From: Candidatus Rokuibacteriota bacterium
GTDB lineage: Bacteria; Methylomirabilota; Methylomirabilia; Rokubacteriales; CSP1-6
NCBI GenBank assembly: GCA_016184305.1
Contig: JACPCX010000113.1
Span: forward strand, 1 to 22,661
Length of the DNA: 22,661 nucleotides
Reading direction: 5' to 3'
The position numbers and the translations under genes are program-made. This document shows positions 8,443 through 18,774 of this stretch, in pieces; within the stretch, counting starts at the first letter, position 1; the number at the start of each line of letters is the position of its first letter. Below the pieces are notes generated by a model that saw only the letters and a program-made list of their open reading frames with translations, was not told the origin of the DNA and ran no database searches.

Positions 8443-10803
8443 TTACTTCCTGGACTTGGCGGCCTGAACGGCCTTCCAGACCCGCTCGGGCGTGAGTGGC
8501 ATCGCTTCGAAGTGGTCAATCCCGAAGCCCGACAGCGCGTCCACCACCGCGTTGACGACGGCGGGCGTGGAGGCGATGGTACCGGTCTCTCCCGCCCCCT
8601 TGATGCCCAGCGGGTTCACCGGGGTCGGAGTCACCGTGCGGGCCGTCTCGTACATGGGCAGCCCATCGGCCTTGGGCAGGGTGTAGTCCATGAGGCTGCC
8701 GGTGACGAGCTGACCCGACGTGTCGTCGTACACGGCACCCTCCCAGAGAGCCTGGCCGACACCCTGGGCGATACCGCCGTGGACCATGCCGTCCACGATC
8801 ATCGGGTTGATCACGTTGCCGACATCGTCCACGGCCAGGTAGCGGAGGATCTTGACGTGGCCGGTCTCGGCGTCCACCTCGACGACGCAGGCGTGGGCGC
8901 CGAAGGGGAAGCAGAAGTTCGACGGGTCGTAGAAGCTCGTCTCCTCGAGCCCGGGCTCGACCCCCTCGGGAAAGTTGTGAGGCACGTAGGCGACCAGAGC
9001 CACCGTGCCGAAGGGCACGGCCTTCTCCGGCGAGCCCTTGACGAAGAACTGGCCGTTGGCATAGTCCATGTCACCGGGGGAGGCCTCGAGCAGATGGGCG
9101 GCGATCTTCTTGCCCTTCTCCTTGATCTTGTTGATGGACATCAGGATGGCCGTGCCGCCCACGGAAGCCGAGCGGCTGCCGTAGGTCCCCATGCCGAAGG
9201 GCACGATGCCCGTATCGCCGTGGACGATGTCCACGTCATCCATGGGGATGCCCAGCTGGTCGGCCGCGAGCTGGGCGAAGGTGGTCTCGTGCCCCTGCCC
9301 GTGGGAGTGGGACCCGGTGAAGACGGTCACCTTGCCCGTTGGGTGCACGCGCACCTTGCCCGATTCCCAGAGCCCCGCCTGGGCGCCCAGGGCTCCGACC
9401 ACCTTGGACGGCGCGATGCTGCAGGCCTCGATGTAGGTCGAGAAGCCGACGCCCAGGAGGCGCCCCTGCGCGCGGGCCGCGGCCTGGTCGGCGCGGAACT
9501 TCTTGTAGTCCAGCATCTTCAGCAGCGTGTCGAAGCACGGGCCGTAATTGCCGCTGTCGTACATGAGGGCCACCTTGGTCTGGTAGCCGTTGTCGAACTT
9601 GGGGATGAAGTTCTTCTTCCTGAGCTCGGCCGGGTCCATCCTGAGCGCGGCCGCGCAGGCATCCACCATGCGCTCGAGGAGATAGGCCGCCTCGGGCCGG
9701 CCCGCGCCGCGGTAGGCGTCCACCGGCGTCGTGTTCGTGAAGACGCCGGTGACCTCGGCATGGATGGCGCCGAAGGTGTAGACGCCGTTCAGCAGTGTCG
9801 CGTAGAGGAAGGTCGGCACCGCGGGGGCGAAGGTCGAGAGATACGCGCCCAGGTTGGCCGTGGTCTTCACCCGCAGGCCCAGCATCGTGCCGTCCGTGGC
9901 CAGCGCGACCTCGGCGTCCGTCACATGGTCGCGCCCCTGGGCGTCGGTCTGGAAGGCCTCGCGCCGGTCCGACGTCCAGCGGATCGGCCGCTTGATCTGG
10001 CGCGTCGCCCACGAGCAGACGGTCTCCTCATTGTAGAGGAAGATCTTCGAGCCGAAGCCGCCGCCCACGTCAGGGGCGATCACCCGCACCTTGTGCTCGG
10101 GGATGCCGAGCACGAAGGCGGTCATCAGCAGCCGGTGCACGTGGGGGTTCTGCGAGGTGACCCACAGCGTGAGGTCGCCCGTGGCGTCCTCGTAGCGCGC
10201 CACGCAGGCGCGGGGCTCCACGGCATTGGCGACGAGGCGCTGGTTGACGATGCGCTTCTTGACGACGACGTCGGCCTTCTTGAAGGCGGCATCGGTCTCG
10301 GCGGCATCGCCGATCTGGAACTTGAAGGCGATGTTGTTCGGCGCCACCTCGTGGATCTGCGGCGCTCCGGGGGTCGCCGCGCGCGCGGTGCTCGTCACCG
10401 ACGGCAGCACGTCCCAGTCCACCTTCACCAGGTCGGCGGCATCCAGCGCCGCGGTCTGGCTCTCGGCGATGACGATCGCCACGGGGTCGCCGACGCAGCG
10501 CGCGGCCTCCGTGGCCAGCGGCGGGTGCTGCGGCACCTTCAGCTCGGGGAGGAGCCAGCCGCACGGCAGCGAGTTGACGGCCGTCATGTCCTTGCCCGTG
10601 AAGATCGCCACGACCCCGGGGTGCGCCCTGGCCCGCGCGGTATCGATGCCCCGGATCCTGGCGTTGGCGTGCTCGCTCCGGACGAAGGCGGCATAGGTCA
10701 TGCCCGGAAGCTTGAGGTCGTCGGTGTAGTTGCCCTTGCCGGTGATGAAGCGGGGATCCTCGCGGCGCTTGATGCTCGAGCCCATCAGTCTCGCGGTGGC
10801 CAT
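8443..10803 (-). CDS. coxL: Molybdenum hydroxylase large subunit, form II CoxL-like (xanthine oxidase family)
   Basis: ATG 10803 with [33 protein letters not shown], active-site loop AYRGAGR (9697-9717), [22 protein letters not shown]. Confidence 0.92.
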   Translation of the reverse strand: MATARLMGSSIKRREDPRFITGKGNYTDDLKLPGMTYAAFVRSEHANARIRGIDTARARAHPGVVAIFTGKDMTAVNSLPCGWLLPELKVPQHPPLATEAARCVGDPVAIVIAESQTAALDAADLVKVDWDVLPSVTSTARAATPGAPQIHEVAPNNIAFKFQIGDAAETDAAFKKADVVVKKRIVNQRLVANAVEPRACVARYEDATGDLTLWVTSQNPHVHRLLMTAFVLGIPEHKVRVIAPDVGGGFGSKIFLYNEETVCSWATRQIKRPIRWTSDRREAFQTDAQGRDHVTDAEVALATDGTMLGLRVKTTANLGAYLSTFAPAVPTFLYATLLNGVYTFGAIHAEVTGVFTNTTPVDAYRGAGRPEAAYLLERMVDACAAALRMDPAELRKKNFIPKFDNGYQTKVALMYDSGNYGPCFDTLLKMLDYKKFRADQAAARAQGRLLGVGFSTYIEACSIAPSKVVGALGAQAGLWESGKVRVHPTGKVTVFTGSHSHGQGHETTFAQLAADQLGIPMDDVDIVHGDTGIVPFGMGTYGSRSASVGGTAILMSINKIKEKGKKIAAHLLEASPGDMDYANGQFFVKGSPEKAVPFGTVALVAYVPHNFPEGVEPGLEETSFYDPSNFCFPFGAHACVVEVDAETGHVKILRYLAVDDVGNVINPMIVDGMVHGGIAQGVGQALWEGAVYDDTSGQLVTGSLMDYTLPKADGLPMYETARTVTPTPVNPLGIKGAGETGTIASTPAVVNAVVDALSGFGIDHFEAMPLTPERVWKAVQAAKSRK

Positions 10804-10817
10804 GGTGGAGCCTCCTC

Positions 10818-11291
<474 letters not shown>

Positions 11292-11352
11292 CGCAGTGAC
11301 CTCCTCGAGGGGTGGATGCGTGAGAGCTCGATGACCGCCGTGGACTGCAACC

Positions 11353-12615
11353 CTATGCCGCGCCAGGGGCGGATGTCAAGAGCCGGCGCCCCTCGGCCCT
11401 TGCCTGGTCGAGCACCTCGCGCACCGGCAGGCCCTTGTCCCGCGCGATGCGGCGCACCTCGTCGAATTCCGGCGTCGCCGTGACCACGCGGTCCCCCAGG
11501 CGCGAGACCTTGAACGCCACCATCCCGTAGGAGGTCTCGAGCGTCACCATCTCCCGCGGCAATCGCTGGCGCTGCCAGGGCATCCAGCGCACGCCGATGG
11601 TGGTGGACTCCTCGAAGAGCACCCGCGCGAGCGAGCCCACCTCGCCGGGCTCGCAGAATGCCGTGAGCACCACGCCCGGGCGGCTCTTCTTCATGAGGAC
11701 GGCCGTGAGGTACACATCCAGCGCCCCGGCCTCGAAGAGCCGGTCCATCAGGGGCTCCCAGAGCTGGGGCGACATGTCGTCCACGGTGGTCTCGACCTGG
11801 TACACCGTCTCCGTCACGGCATCCGGCCCGTCGAGCCCCGCTGACCCCTCGCCGACGAAGACCCGGATCACGTTCGGCGTGTCGAGATCCATGCTGCCCG
11901 CGCCGTAGCCCACCGTCGAGACGGTCATGGCCGGCATCGCCCCCGCCCCGGTGCAGAGGGTCGTCAGGATCGCGGCACCCGTGGGTGTCACCAGCTCCCG
12001 CTTGACGCCCGTGTCCACCACCGGGAAGCCGCGGAGCAACTCGGCCGTGCCCGGCGCCGGCACGGGGATCCTGCCATGGGGTCCGTTCACCATCCCCCCG
12101 CCCAGCGGCAGCGCCGAGCAGTGTACCGCCTCGATGCCGAGCAGATGAAGCCCGATGCACGCCCCGGTCACATCCACGATGGCATCCACCGCCCCGACAT
12201 CGTGGAAGTGCACTTCCTCCACGCCGACCCCATGCGCCCGCGCCTCGGCCTCGGCCAGCCGCCTGAAGATCCTCTCGGCATCGGCCCGGACGGGCCCGGG
12301 CAGCGCGCTCCGCCCCAGGACGTCGAGGATGGCGGCGAGATTCCGGTGCGGGTGGGCGTGCTTGCCATGGGGACGGTCATGCGCGTGCCCGGGCGCCTCC
12401 CCGGCCTCGTGAGCGTGGTCGTGCACGTGCACGTCCACCTTGGTCGCCCGGAACGCGCCCTTCATGACCTCCCGCCGCTCCATGGAGTAGCCGCGGAGGT
12501 CGAGCTTCCCCAGCCCCTCGCGCAGGGCCTCGAAGGGCACCCCGGCGTCCACGAGGGCCCCGAGGATCATGTCCCCGGCCGCGCCACTGGGGCAGTCGAA
12601 GTACGCCAGGCGCAC
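11353..12615 (-). CDS. larC: Nickel-pincer cofactor cyclometallase (nickel insertase) LarC, single continuous ORF
   Basis: [12 protein letters not shown], His-rich linker, [51 protein letters not shown]. Confidence 0.93.
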   Translation of the reverse strand: MRLAYFDCPSGAAGDMILGALVDAGVPFEALREGLGKLDLRGYSMERREVMKGAFRATKVDVHVHDHAHEAGEAPGHAHDRPHGKHAHPHRNLAAILDVLGRSALPGPVRADAERIFRRLAEAEARAHGVGVEEVHFHDVGAVDAIVDVTGACIGLHLLGIEAVHCSALPLGGGMVNGPHGRIPVPAPGTAELLRGFPVVDTGVKRELVTPTGAAILTTLCTGAGAMPAMTVSTVGYGAGSMDLDTPNVIRVFVGEGSAGLDGPDAVTETVYQVETTVDDMSPQLWEPLMDRLFEAGALDVYLTAVLMKKSRPGVVLTAFCEPGEVGSLARVLFEESTTIGVRWMPWQRQRLPREMVTLETSYGMVAFKVSRLGDRVVTATPEFDEVRRIARDKGLPVREVLDQARAEGRRLLTSAPGAA

Positions 12616-12618
12616 GGC

Positions 12619-13377
12619 TTACCGGACCTTGGCGGCGAGCTTGTTGATCTGGTTGGCCTGGGCCGCCGCCCCGTAGCCATTGTCGATGTTCACCACCGAC
12701 ACGCCCGGCGCGCAGGAGTTGAGCATCGCCAGGAGCGCCGCGATGCCGCCGAAGGAGGCGCCGTAGCCCACGCTCGTGGGCACGGCGATCACGGGACGGT
12801 CCACGAGCCCGCCGACCACGCTCGGCAGCGCGCCTTCCATGCCGGCCACGACGACGATCGCGTTGGCCTCGTTGAGCCGGTCGAGGTGCGGCACCAGCCG
12901 GTGGAGCCCCGCCACGCCGCAGTCATAGATGCGCTCCACGTGGTTGCCCATGGTCTCGCAGGCGATGGCGGCCTCCTCGGCCACGGGCTGGTCGGAGGTG
13001 CCGGCACTCATGACGACGACGAGCCCGAGGCCTTCCCCGTCACGGGGCCGGACCACGGCGATGCGCGCCTGCGGGTGGAGCCGGTGGGGCAGCCCGCTCT
13101 CCGCCACGGCCTGGAGCACGCGCTCGTCGGCGCGCGTGGCGAGGATGTTGTCGTGCTGCTCGGCGAGCCGGCGGAGGATGGCCACCACCTGCTCGGGCGT
13201 CTTCCCCTGGCAGAACACCGCCTCCGGGACCCCGTGGCGCAGCGAGCGGTGGAGATCCACGCGGGCGAAGCCCAGGTCCTCCAGGGGGAGGTCGCGCAGG
13301 CGCGCGAGCGCGCGCTCGGGCGACAGCGCCCCGCGCGCCACCTCCTCTAGGAGCGCCTTGACCTTTTCCCGATCCAC
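12619..13377 (-). CDS. larB: Nickel-pincer cofactor biosynthesis carboxylase/hydrolase LarB (PurE-like)
   Basis: DLGFARVDLHR, PEAVFCQGKT, AGTSDQPVAEEA, DCGVAGLHRL, AGMEGALPSVVGGL, PTSVGYGA, LNSCAPGVSVVNIDNGYGA. Confidence 0.95.
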   Translation of the reverse strand: MDREKVKALLEEVARGALSPERALARLRDLPLEDLGFARVDLHRSLRHGVPEAVFCQGKTPEQVVAILRRLAEQHDNILATRADERVLQAVAESGLPHRLHPQARIAVVRPRDGEGLGLVVVMSAGTSDQPVAEEAAIACETMGNHVERIYDCGVAGLHRLVPHLDRLNEANAIVVVAGMEGALPSVVGGLVDRPVIAVPTSVGYGASFGGIAALLAMLNSCAPGVSVVNIDNGYGAAAQANQINKLAAKVR

Positions 13378-14192
13378 TGGAGCATCTCGTTGGCACTGCC
13401 GCTGCGGAAGCCCTGCAGGTCCAGCGTGACGTAGGCGTAGCCGAGCTCGCGGAACCGGGCGAGGACGGCCTCACGGAGCCCCTCCTGCCAGAGCCGCTCC
13501 ATCTCCGGGAGCGACAGCTCGAGACGGGCCAGCCGGTCGTGGTGCCTCACCCGGAACTGGTTGAAGCCGAGCGTCCGGAGGAAGGCCTCGGCCTCGTCCA
13601 CCCGCCTGAGCTTGTCCACGGTGATGGGGTCGCCGTACTGGAAGCGCGAGGAGAGACAGGCGAAGGATGGCTTGTCCCACGTCGGGAGCCCCGCCGCCCG
13701 GGACAGGGCCCGCACCTCCTCCTTCCACAGCTCGGCCTCGATGAGCGGGGCCCGGACGCCCTTCAGCGATGCCGCCTCCATGCCGGGACGGTGATCGCCC
13801 AGGTCGTCCATGAGGGCGCCGTAGACGATGGGGAGGCCGCCATGCTCGCGCCCGATGGCCAGAAGTCGCGTGAACAGCTCGTCCTTGCAGAAGAAGCAGC
13901 GATTGGGCGGGTTCTTCGCGTACTCGGGGTTGTCCAGCTCGCGCGTCTGCACCACCGTGTGCGGCAGCCCGATGAGGGCGGCCAGCCGCCGCGCCTCGGC
14001 GAGCTCGGAGGACGGGTAGGTCTCGGAGTCCGCCGTGACCAGGAGCGCGCGCTCCCCCACGGCCTCCTTGGCCGCCCAGCCGAGGAAGGTGGAGTCCACC
14101 CCGCCCGAGAAGGCGACGATGGGGCGGTCCATGGCGCGAAGGATGGCCAGGAGCCGCTCGTACTTCTCCGCCGGCGCGGCGTCCGTCGTCAT
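13347..14192 (-). CDS. larE: ATP-dependent sulfur transferase LarE (PP-loop)
   Basis: AFSGGVDS, NRCFFCK, DDLGDHRPG, KPSFACLSSRF, RVRHH, DLQGFRSGS. Confidence 0.93.
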   Translation of the reverse strand: MTTDAAPAEKYERLLAILRAMDRPIVAFSGGVDSTFLGWAAKEAVGERALLVTADSETYPSSELAEARRLAALIGLPHTVVQTRELDNPEYAKNPPNRCFFCKDELFTRLLAIGREHGGLPIVYGALMDDLGDHRPGMEAASLKGVRAPLIEAELWKEEVRALSRAAGLPTWDKPSFACLSSRFQYGDPITVDKLRRVDEAEAFLRTLGFNQFRVRHHDRLARLELSLPEMERLWQEGLREAVLARFRELGYAYVTLDLQGFRSGSANEMLQWIGKRSRRS

Positions 14193-15100
14193 CGCCCGAA
14201 GTGCACCATCTCCTGGAACACCTCGTAGCGCCGCTCGATCTCCGCCGGGTCGAGCCGCTTGAGCCGCTCCAGCGAGAAGTCCTCCACCGTGAACGAGGCC
14301 ATGACCGCGCCGTGCACCATGGCGCGGCGGAGCGAGGCGGGGTCGGTGAGTCCCCGCTGCGCCAGGTAGCCCATGAAGCCGCCGGCGAAGGTGTCGCCTG
14401 CGCCCGTCGGGTCGAAGACCGCCTCCAGCGGGTAGGCCGGAGCGAAGAAGAAGCGACCGTCAGTCACCATGAGGGCGCCGTACTCGCCGCGCTTGATCAC
14501 CACCACGCGGGGCCCCATGTCCAGGATGGCGCGCGCGGCCTTGATCAGATTGGGCTCGCGCGCGAGCATCCGGGCCTCGGCGTCGTTGATCAGGAGCACG
14601 TCCACGCGGGAGAGCACGCGGCCCAGTGCCTCCCGCTTGCCCTCGATCCAGAAGTTCATTGTGTCCAGCGCCATGAGCCGCGGCTCCTCCATCTGCCCGA
14701 GCACGTCGAGCTGCAGCTCGGGATCGATGTTGGCGAGGAAGAGGAAGGGCGCCGCCCGGAGCGGCGGGGACAGGACGGGCTTGAACTCGGCAAACACGTT
14801 GAGCTGCGTGTCGAGCGTCTTCGCCTCGTTGAGGTCGAAGCCGTACTCCCCCGTCCACCGGAAGGTCTTCTTGCCGTCCTTCACCTGCACCGCGGCGATG
14901 TCCACGCCCCGCTGCTCGAGCAGGGCCAGGTGCTCCTTGGGGAAGTCCTGCCCCACCGCCGCCACCACGTGGACCTGGGTGAAGAAGCTCGCCGCATACG
15001 AGAAGTAGGTGGCGGACCCCCCCAGCGCCTCGGTCACCTGCCCGAAGGGCGTCTTCACGCTGTCGAGCGCCACCGAGCCCACCACCACGAGATCAGCCAC
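14189..15100 (-). CDS. PfkB/ribokinase-family sugar or nucleoside kinase
   Basis: VVGSVALD, LGGSA, INDAEA, IKRGEYGA, DPTGAGDTFAGGF (PfkB signature). Confidence 0.9.
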   Translation of the reverse strand: MADLVVVGSVALDSVKTPFGQVTEALGGSATYFSYAASFFTQVHVVAAVGQDFPKEHLALLEQRGVDIAAVQVKDGKKTFRWTGEYGFDLNEAKTLDTQLNVFAEFKPVLSPPLRAAPFLFLANIDPELQLDVLGQMEEPRLMALDTMNFWIEGKREALGRVLSRVDVLLINDAEARMLAREPNLIKAARAILDMGPRVVVIKRGEYGALMVTDGRFFFAPAYPLEAVFDPTGAGDTFAGGFMGYLAQRGLTDPASLRRAMVHGAVMASFTVEDFSLERLKRLDPAEIERRYEVFQEMVHFGR

Positions 15101-16001
15101 GGGTCTTGCCCTTCTGGAAGTAGTGCCCGATCAGGAGGTCGAGCCGCTTCCGGATGCGCGGCGGAAAGGCCGCAGGATGCGTGATGACGGCATCCTTGAG
15201 CGCCTGGCGGCAGCCGCCGCCGCAGGGTTTCCCGATCCGGGGGATCACCCGGCGCAGCACGTCCTTGGCGGTCGCGACGTTCTTGAGGAGGGTGGCCACC
15301 ACGGCCTCCACCGACACCGCCTCGTGCTCCTCGTGCCACACGTCGTAGTCCGTGGCGAGCGCCAGCGTGGCGTAGCAGAGCTCGGCCTCTCGGGCGAGCT
15401 TGGCTTCCGGCATATTGGTCATGCCGATCACCGACACCCCCCAGCTGCGGTAGATCTCGGACTCCCCCTTGGTGGAGAACTGCGGCCCCTCGATGCAGAT
15501 GTACGTTCCGCCCCGGTGAACCGTCGCGCCGGCCTCGCGCCCGCCGGCTTCCAGGAGGTCGGCCAGATCGGAGCACACCGGGTGCGCCATCCCCACGTGG
15601 GCCACGATCCCGTCGCCGAAGAAGGTCGATACGCGCCGCTTCGTGTGATCGTAGAACTGGTCGGGCAGCACGAGATCCAGGGGGCGGATCTCCTCCCGCA
15701 TGCTCCCCACCGCGCTGATGGAGATGACCCACCGGGCGCCCAGCTGCTTGAAGCCGTGGATGTTCGCGCGGTAGTTGAGCTCCGAGGGGGTGAGCCTATG
15801 CCCCCGGCCGTGGCGGGGCAAGAAGATCACCTCGCGGTCGCCCAGCCGGCCCACGCAGTAGGCGTCGGAGGGATCGCCGAAGGGCGTCTTCACCCGCACC
15901 CACCGCAAGTCGGTGAGGCCTTCCATCTCGTAGAGGCCGCTGCCTCCGATCACCCCCACGGTGATCTGGTCTCCCCGCGTTCGGGCCTGTCGCGCTGTCA
16001 T
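15093..16001 (-). CDS. mtnP: S-methyl-5'-thioadenosine phosphorylase
   Basis: GVIGGSG, TPFGDPS, PRHGRGH, EGPQFSTKGES, GMT, ATDYD (DxD typical of 6-aminopurine-specific MTAP). Confidence 0.92.
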   Translation of the reverse strand: MTARQARTRGDQITVGVIGGSGLYEMEGLTDLRWVRVKTPFGDPSDAYCVGRLGDREVIFLPRHGRGHRLTPSELNYRANIHGFKQLGARWVISISAVGSMREEIRPLDLVLPDQFYDHTKRRVSTFFGDGIVAHVGMAHPVCSDLADLLEAGGREAGATVHRGGTYICIEGPQFSTKGESEIYRSWGVSVIGMTNMPEAKLAREAELCYATLALATDYDVWHEEHEAVSVEAVVATLLKNVATAKDVLRRVIPRIGKPCGGGCRQALKDAVITHPAAFPPRIRKRLDLLIGHYFQKGKTRG

Positions 16002-17353
16002 GCGATCGACCCCTCCAGGCGGCCGAAGGTCCCCTCGGGCCGGCAGTCGGTGATGGTCACGGGCACGAAGCCGCGGGCCAGCCGGTCCGGCCCGTCGAAG
16101 AGCACCTCGACGTAATTCGCCGTGAGCCCCGAGAGGAGGCCGGTGGCGCGGTCCCGCGCCTCCAGCACCAGCACCTCGTGAGTCCGGCCCGCCATCCGCT
16201 GCCTGAACGCGAGAGCCTTCTCGCGGCCGAGCTGTCTCAGCGCCGCGCTCCGTGCGCGGATCGTCCGCGCCGGCACGCGGTCGGTGAGACGGGTGGACTC
16301 CGTCCCCTTCCGGTCGGAGTAGGAAAAGACGTGGAGATAGGAAAAGGGCAATGCGCTCACGACCGCCATGGTCTCGGCGAAGTCCGCCTCGCCCTCACCC
16401 GGGTGCCCCACGATCAGGTCGGCGCCGAGACCGAGCTCCGGGAGGTCACGCGCGAGCCGCTCCACGAGCGTCCGGTACATGCGCGTGTTGTAGGGACGGC
16501 GCATGAGGCGGAGCACCCGGTCGCTGCCGCTCTGAAGCGGGAGATGCAGGTGCGGCGCGACCCGAGGCGAGCCCGTGATCACCTCCAGCAGATCCGCGGT
16601 GACGTAGGCGGGCAGGATCGAGGAGAGCCGGAGCCACCTGAGCCCTCCCACTTCGGCAAGCTGCCGAACGAGGGCGGCGAGGGTCGTGCGCGGCAGGAGA
16701 TCCCAGCCGTAATGCCCCAGGTCCACGCCCGTGAGCGTGATCTCCCCGTGGCCGGCCTCGATCAGGGCGCGCACCCGATCGAGCACCACCTCCGGGTCCT
16801 GGCTGCGGCTCGCGCCCCGAGCGGCGGGCACGATGCAAAACGCGCAGCGGTGCTGGCAGCCGTCCTGGATCTTGACAAAGGCGCGCGATCGGCCGGCGAC
16901 CCTCGCGAGGGGCGCCGCGGGCACGGAGCGCGCCTCGGCGATGGGCGCGACCCGGATCTCCGGCCCCCGGCCATCGACGGCCCGATGCTCCCGGCGCTGC
17001 CCGAGCAGCGCGGCCACGAGCTCCGGGAGCCGGTACTTCTCCTGATTGCCCAGCACGAGGTCCACGCCGGGGATCCGGGCCACTGCCTGGGGGTCGGTCT
17101 GGGCCCAGCAGCCGGTGACCACGACCAGCGCCCCCGGCCGCTCGCGAGTGATCCGCCTGATGAGCTGCCGGTCGGAGAAGTCGGCCCGGCCCGTCACCGT
17201 GCAGGTGTTCACGACATACACCTCGGCGCGCTCCGCCCCGGCCACGGGCCGGAAGCCCTCGGCCTCGACGAGCCCCAGCATCTCCTGCGACTCCACCTGG
17301 TTCAGCCGGCACCCGAGGGTGGCCACGCCCACCGTGATCGCGCGGGTCGTCAT
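15998..17353 (-). CDS. mtaB: tRNA t6A37 methylthiotransferase MtaB (radical SAM)
   Basis: TLGCRLNQVES, VVNTCTVT, TGCWAQ, KIQDGCQHRCAFC, LHLPLQSGS, LHVFSYSDRKGT. ATG 17353 overlaps the rlmN stop. Confidence 0.88.
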   Translation of the reverse strand: MTTRAITVGVATLGCRLNQVESQEMLGLVEAEGFRPVAGAERAEVYVVNTCTVTGRADFSDRQLIRRITRERPGALVVVTGCWAQTDPQAVARIPGVDLVLGNQEKYRLPELVAALLGQRREHRAVDGRGPEIRVAPIAEARSVPAAPLARVAGRSRAFVKIQDGCQHRCAFCIVPAARGASRSQDPEVVLDRVRALIEAGHGEITLTGVDLGHYGWDLLPRTTLAALVRQLAEVGGLRWLRLSSILPAYVTADLLEVITGSPRVAPHLHLPLQSGSDRVLRLMRRPYNTRMYRTLVERLARDLPELGLGADLIVGHPGEGEADFAETMAVVSALPFSYLHVFSYSDRKGTESTRLTDRVPARTIRARSAALRQLGREKALAFRQRMAGRTHEVLVLEARDRATGLLSGLTANYVEVLFDGPDRLARGFVPVTITDCRPEGTFGRLEGSIA

Positions 17354-18420
17354 GGCGCCGTCGCCTCGGCCGCCGCCCGTCCGCGCCTGACGGTCACGGA
17401 CTCCCTGAGCTGGCCGCACGCCGCCCCGATGTCCTCCCCCTTGCTCCAGCGCAGCGTCGCGGTGATCCCGTGCTCGAGCAGGATCGCCTGAAAGGCGAGG
17501 ATCTTCTGGAGGGCGGGACGGCGGAAGGAAGAACCCTCCCAGTCGTTGAACGGGATCAGGTTGATCTTGGCCCGCATCCCCCGGAGCAGCCGCACCAGCC
17601 CGCGGGCGTCCTCGGGACCGTCGTTCACTCCGTCGAGGAGGACGTACTCGAAGGTGATGCGCTGGCGGACGGGCAGCGGGAAGCGCCGGCAGGCGGCCAG
17701 CAATGCCTGGATGTCGAAAGCCTTGTTCACCGGCATCAGCTGGTCGCGGATCTCGTCGGTCGTGGCGTGAAGCGAGATCGCCAGGTTCACCCGGAGGTTC
17801 TCCCGCGCCAGCTTCTCGATCCCCGCCACCAGACCCACCGTGGAGACGGTGATCCGCCTGGGAGAAAAGCCGAAGCCGTGCGGGTCGGTGAGGATGCGGA
17901 GCGACTTCACCGTCGCCGCGTAGTTGGCCAGCGGCTCGCCCATGCCCATGTAGACCACATGGGTGATCCGCAGCCCGGGCTCGAGGAGGCGCCTGGCGAC
18001 GAGCACCTGCCCCACGATCTCGCCCGGGCTCAGGTTCCGGCCTAGCCCCATGGTCCCCGTGAGGCAGAACGCGCAGCCGAAGCCGCAGCCCACCTGGGTG
18101 GAAACGCAGAGCGTCAGCCGGTCGTCGTCGGGCATGAGGACCGACTGCAACCGGGAGCCGTCGGCGAGCCGCAAGACGAGCTTCCGGCTGGCATCCTGGG
18201 AAGGCGTGACCCGCTCCACCTCCGGCAGGTCCACCGCGCAGCGCTCCGCGAGGGCCTGCCGCAGGTCCTTGGGGAGGTCAGACATGGCCCCGAGGTCGGT
18301 GACGCCCTTGCCGAAGATCCAGCCGGCGAGCTGACGGCCGCGGTAGCGCGGCGCGCCCAGTGACTCCACCAGCGATTCCATCTCGGCGGGCAGGAGATCC
18401 AGCAAATTCACCAGGGACAT
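17350..18420 (-). CDS. rlmN: 23S rRNA m2A2503 / tRNA m2A37 methyltransferase RlmN (radical SAM)
   Basis: CVSTQVGCGFGCAFC, MGMGEP, ITVSTVG, ISLHA, TFEYVLL, NLIPFN, DIGAACGQL. Start taken at ATG 18420 (MSLVNLLDL). Confidence 0.95.
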   Translation of the reverse strand: MSLVNLLDLLPAEMESLVESLGAPRYRGRQLAGWIFGKGVTDLGAMSDLPKDLRQALAERCAVDLPEVERVTPSQDASRKLVLRLADGSRLQSVLMPDDDRLTLCVSTQVGCGFGCAFCLTGTMGLGRNLSPGEIVGQVLVARRLLEPGLRITHVVYMGMGEPLANYAATVKSLRILTDPHGFGFSPRRITVSTVGLVAGIEKLARENLRVNLAISLHATTDEIRDQLMPVNKAFDIQALLAACRRFPLPVRQRITFEYVLLDGVNDGPEDARGLVRLLRGMRAKINLIPFNDWEGSSFRRPALQKILAFQAILLEHGITATLRWSKGEDIGAACGQLRESVTVRRGRAAAEATAP

Positions 18421-18429
18421 ACGCGAGTT

Positions 18430-18438
18430 AGGATAGCA
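18430..18438 (-). promoter_or_regulatory. Putative extended -10 element (TG-C-TATCCT) for rlmN, near-leaderless
   Basis: Minus strand reads TGTGCTATCCTAACTCGCGT-ATG; the hexamer ends 9 nt before the start codon and there is no SD. Confidence 0.5.
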
Positions 18439-18468
18439 CACGGGCCGCGAGGGTGTGCCGGCCGGGAG

Positions 18469-18514
18469 TTGTCCACAAGAGCTGTGTGCGGGCCGTGGAT
18501 AACCCCGTGGATTT
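18469..18514. promoter_or_regulatory. Cluster of DnaA-box-like sites
   Basis: TTGTCCACA (18469-18477, +) and CGTGGATAA (18494-18502, equal to TTATCCACG on -) are each one mismatch from TTATCCACA. Weaker copies lie at 18483-18491 and 18506-18514 with 11-12 bp spacing. Confidence 0.65.
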
Positions 18515-18621
18515 CCCCTCGGACGCGATGAAACAACGGGCACTAAGAGCGCTTCGCCCTCTCCTGAAGCACACTGCCGCCGGCGGTGTCGGGTCTAGCA
18601 GGCATCATGCGTGAACGGACG

Positions 18622-18715
18622 CCCCACCCTCACCCCGGCCCTCTCCCTCCAGAGGGAGAGGGGGCTCATTTCGGTGCCCTCGCTCCCGGAGGGGGAGAGG
18701 GGCAGGGTAAGGGGG
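18622..18715. repeat. REP-like palindromic doublet (CCCTCACCCCGGCCCTCTCCC...GGGAGAGGG type)
   Basis: Hairpin CCCTCTCCCTC-CA-GAGGGAGAGGG (18639-18662) plus an inverted, diverged second unit (18677-18715). Confidence 0.75.
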
Positions 18716-18774
18716 CGCTCAGGACGCTGAAGACGCGTTCGCAATTAGGGCTCTTCCGGGTTTCGAGTGGGCAG

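Noticed and set aside
8443..10803. Calling the enzyme a true aerobic CO dehydrogenase (form I)
   Set aside because: The active-site loop is AYRGAGR, not AYxCSFR, and the order is S-L-M rather than M-S-L.
18469..18514. Chromosomal origin oriC
   Set aside because: Few boxes, no AT-rich unwinding element and no dnaA, dnaN or gidA context in the window.
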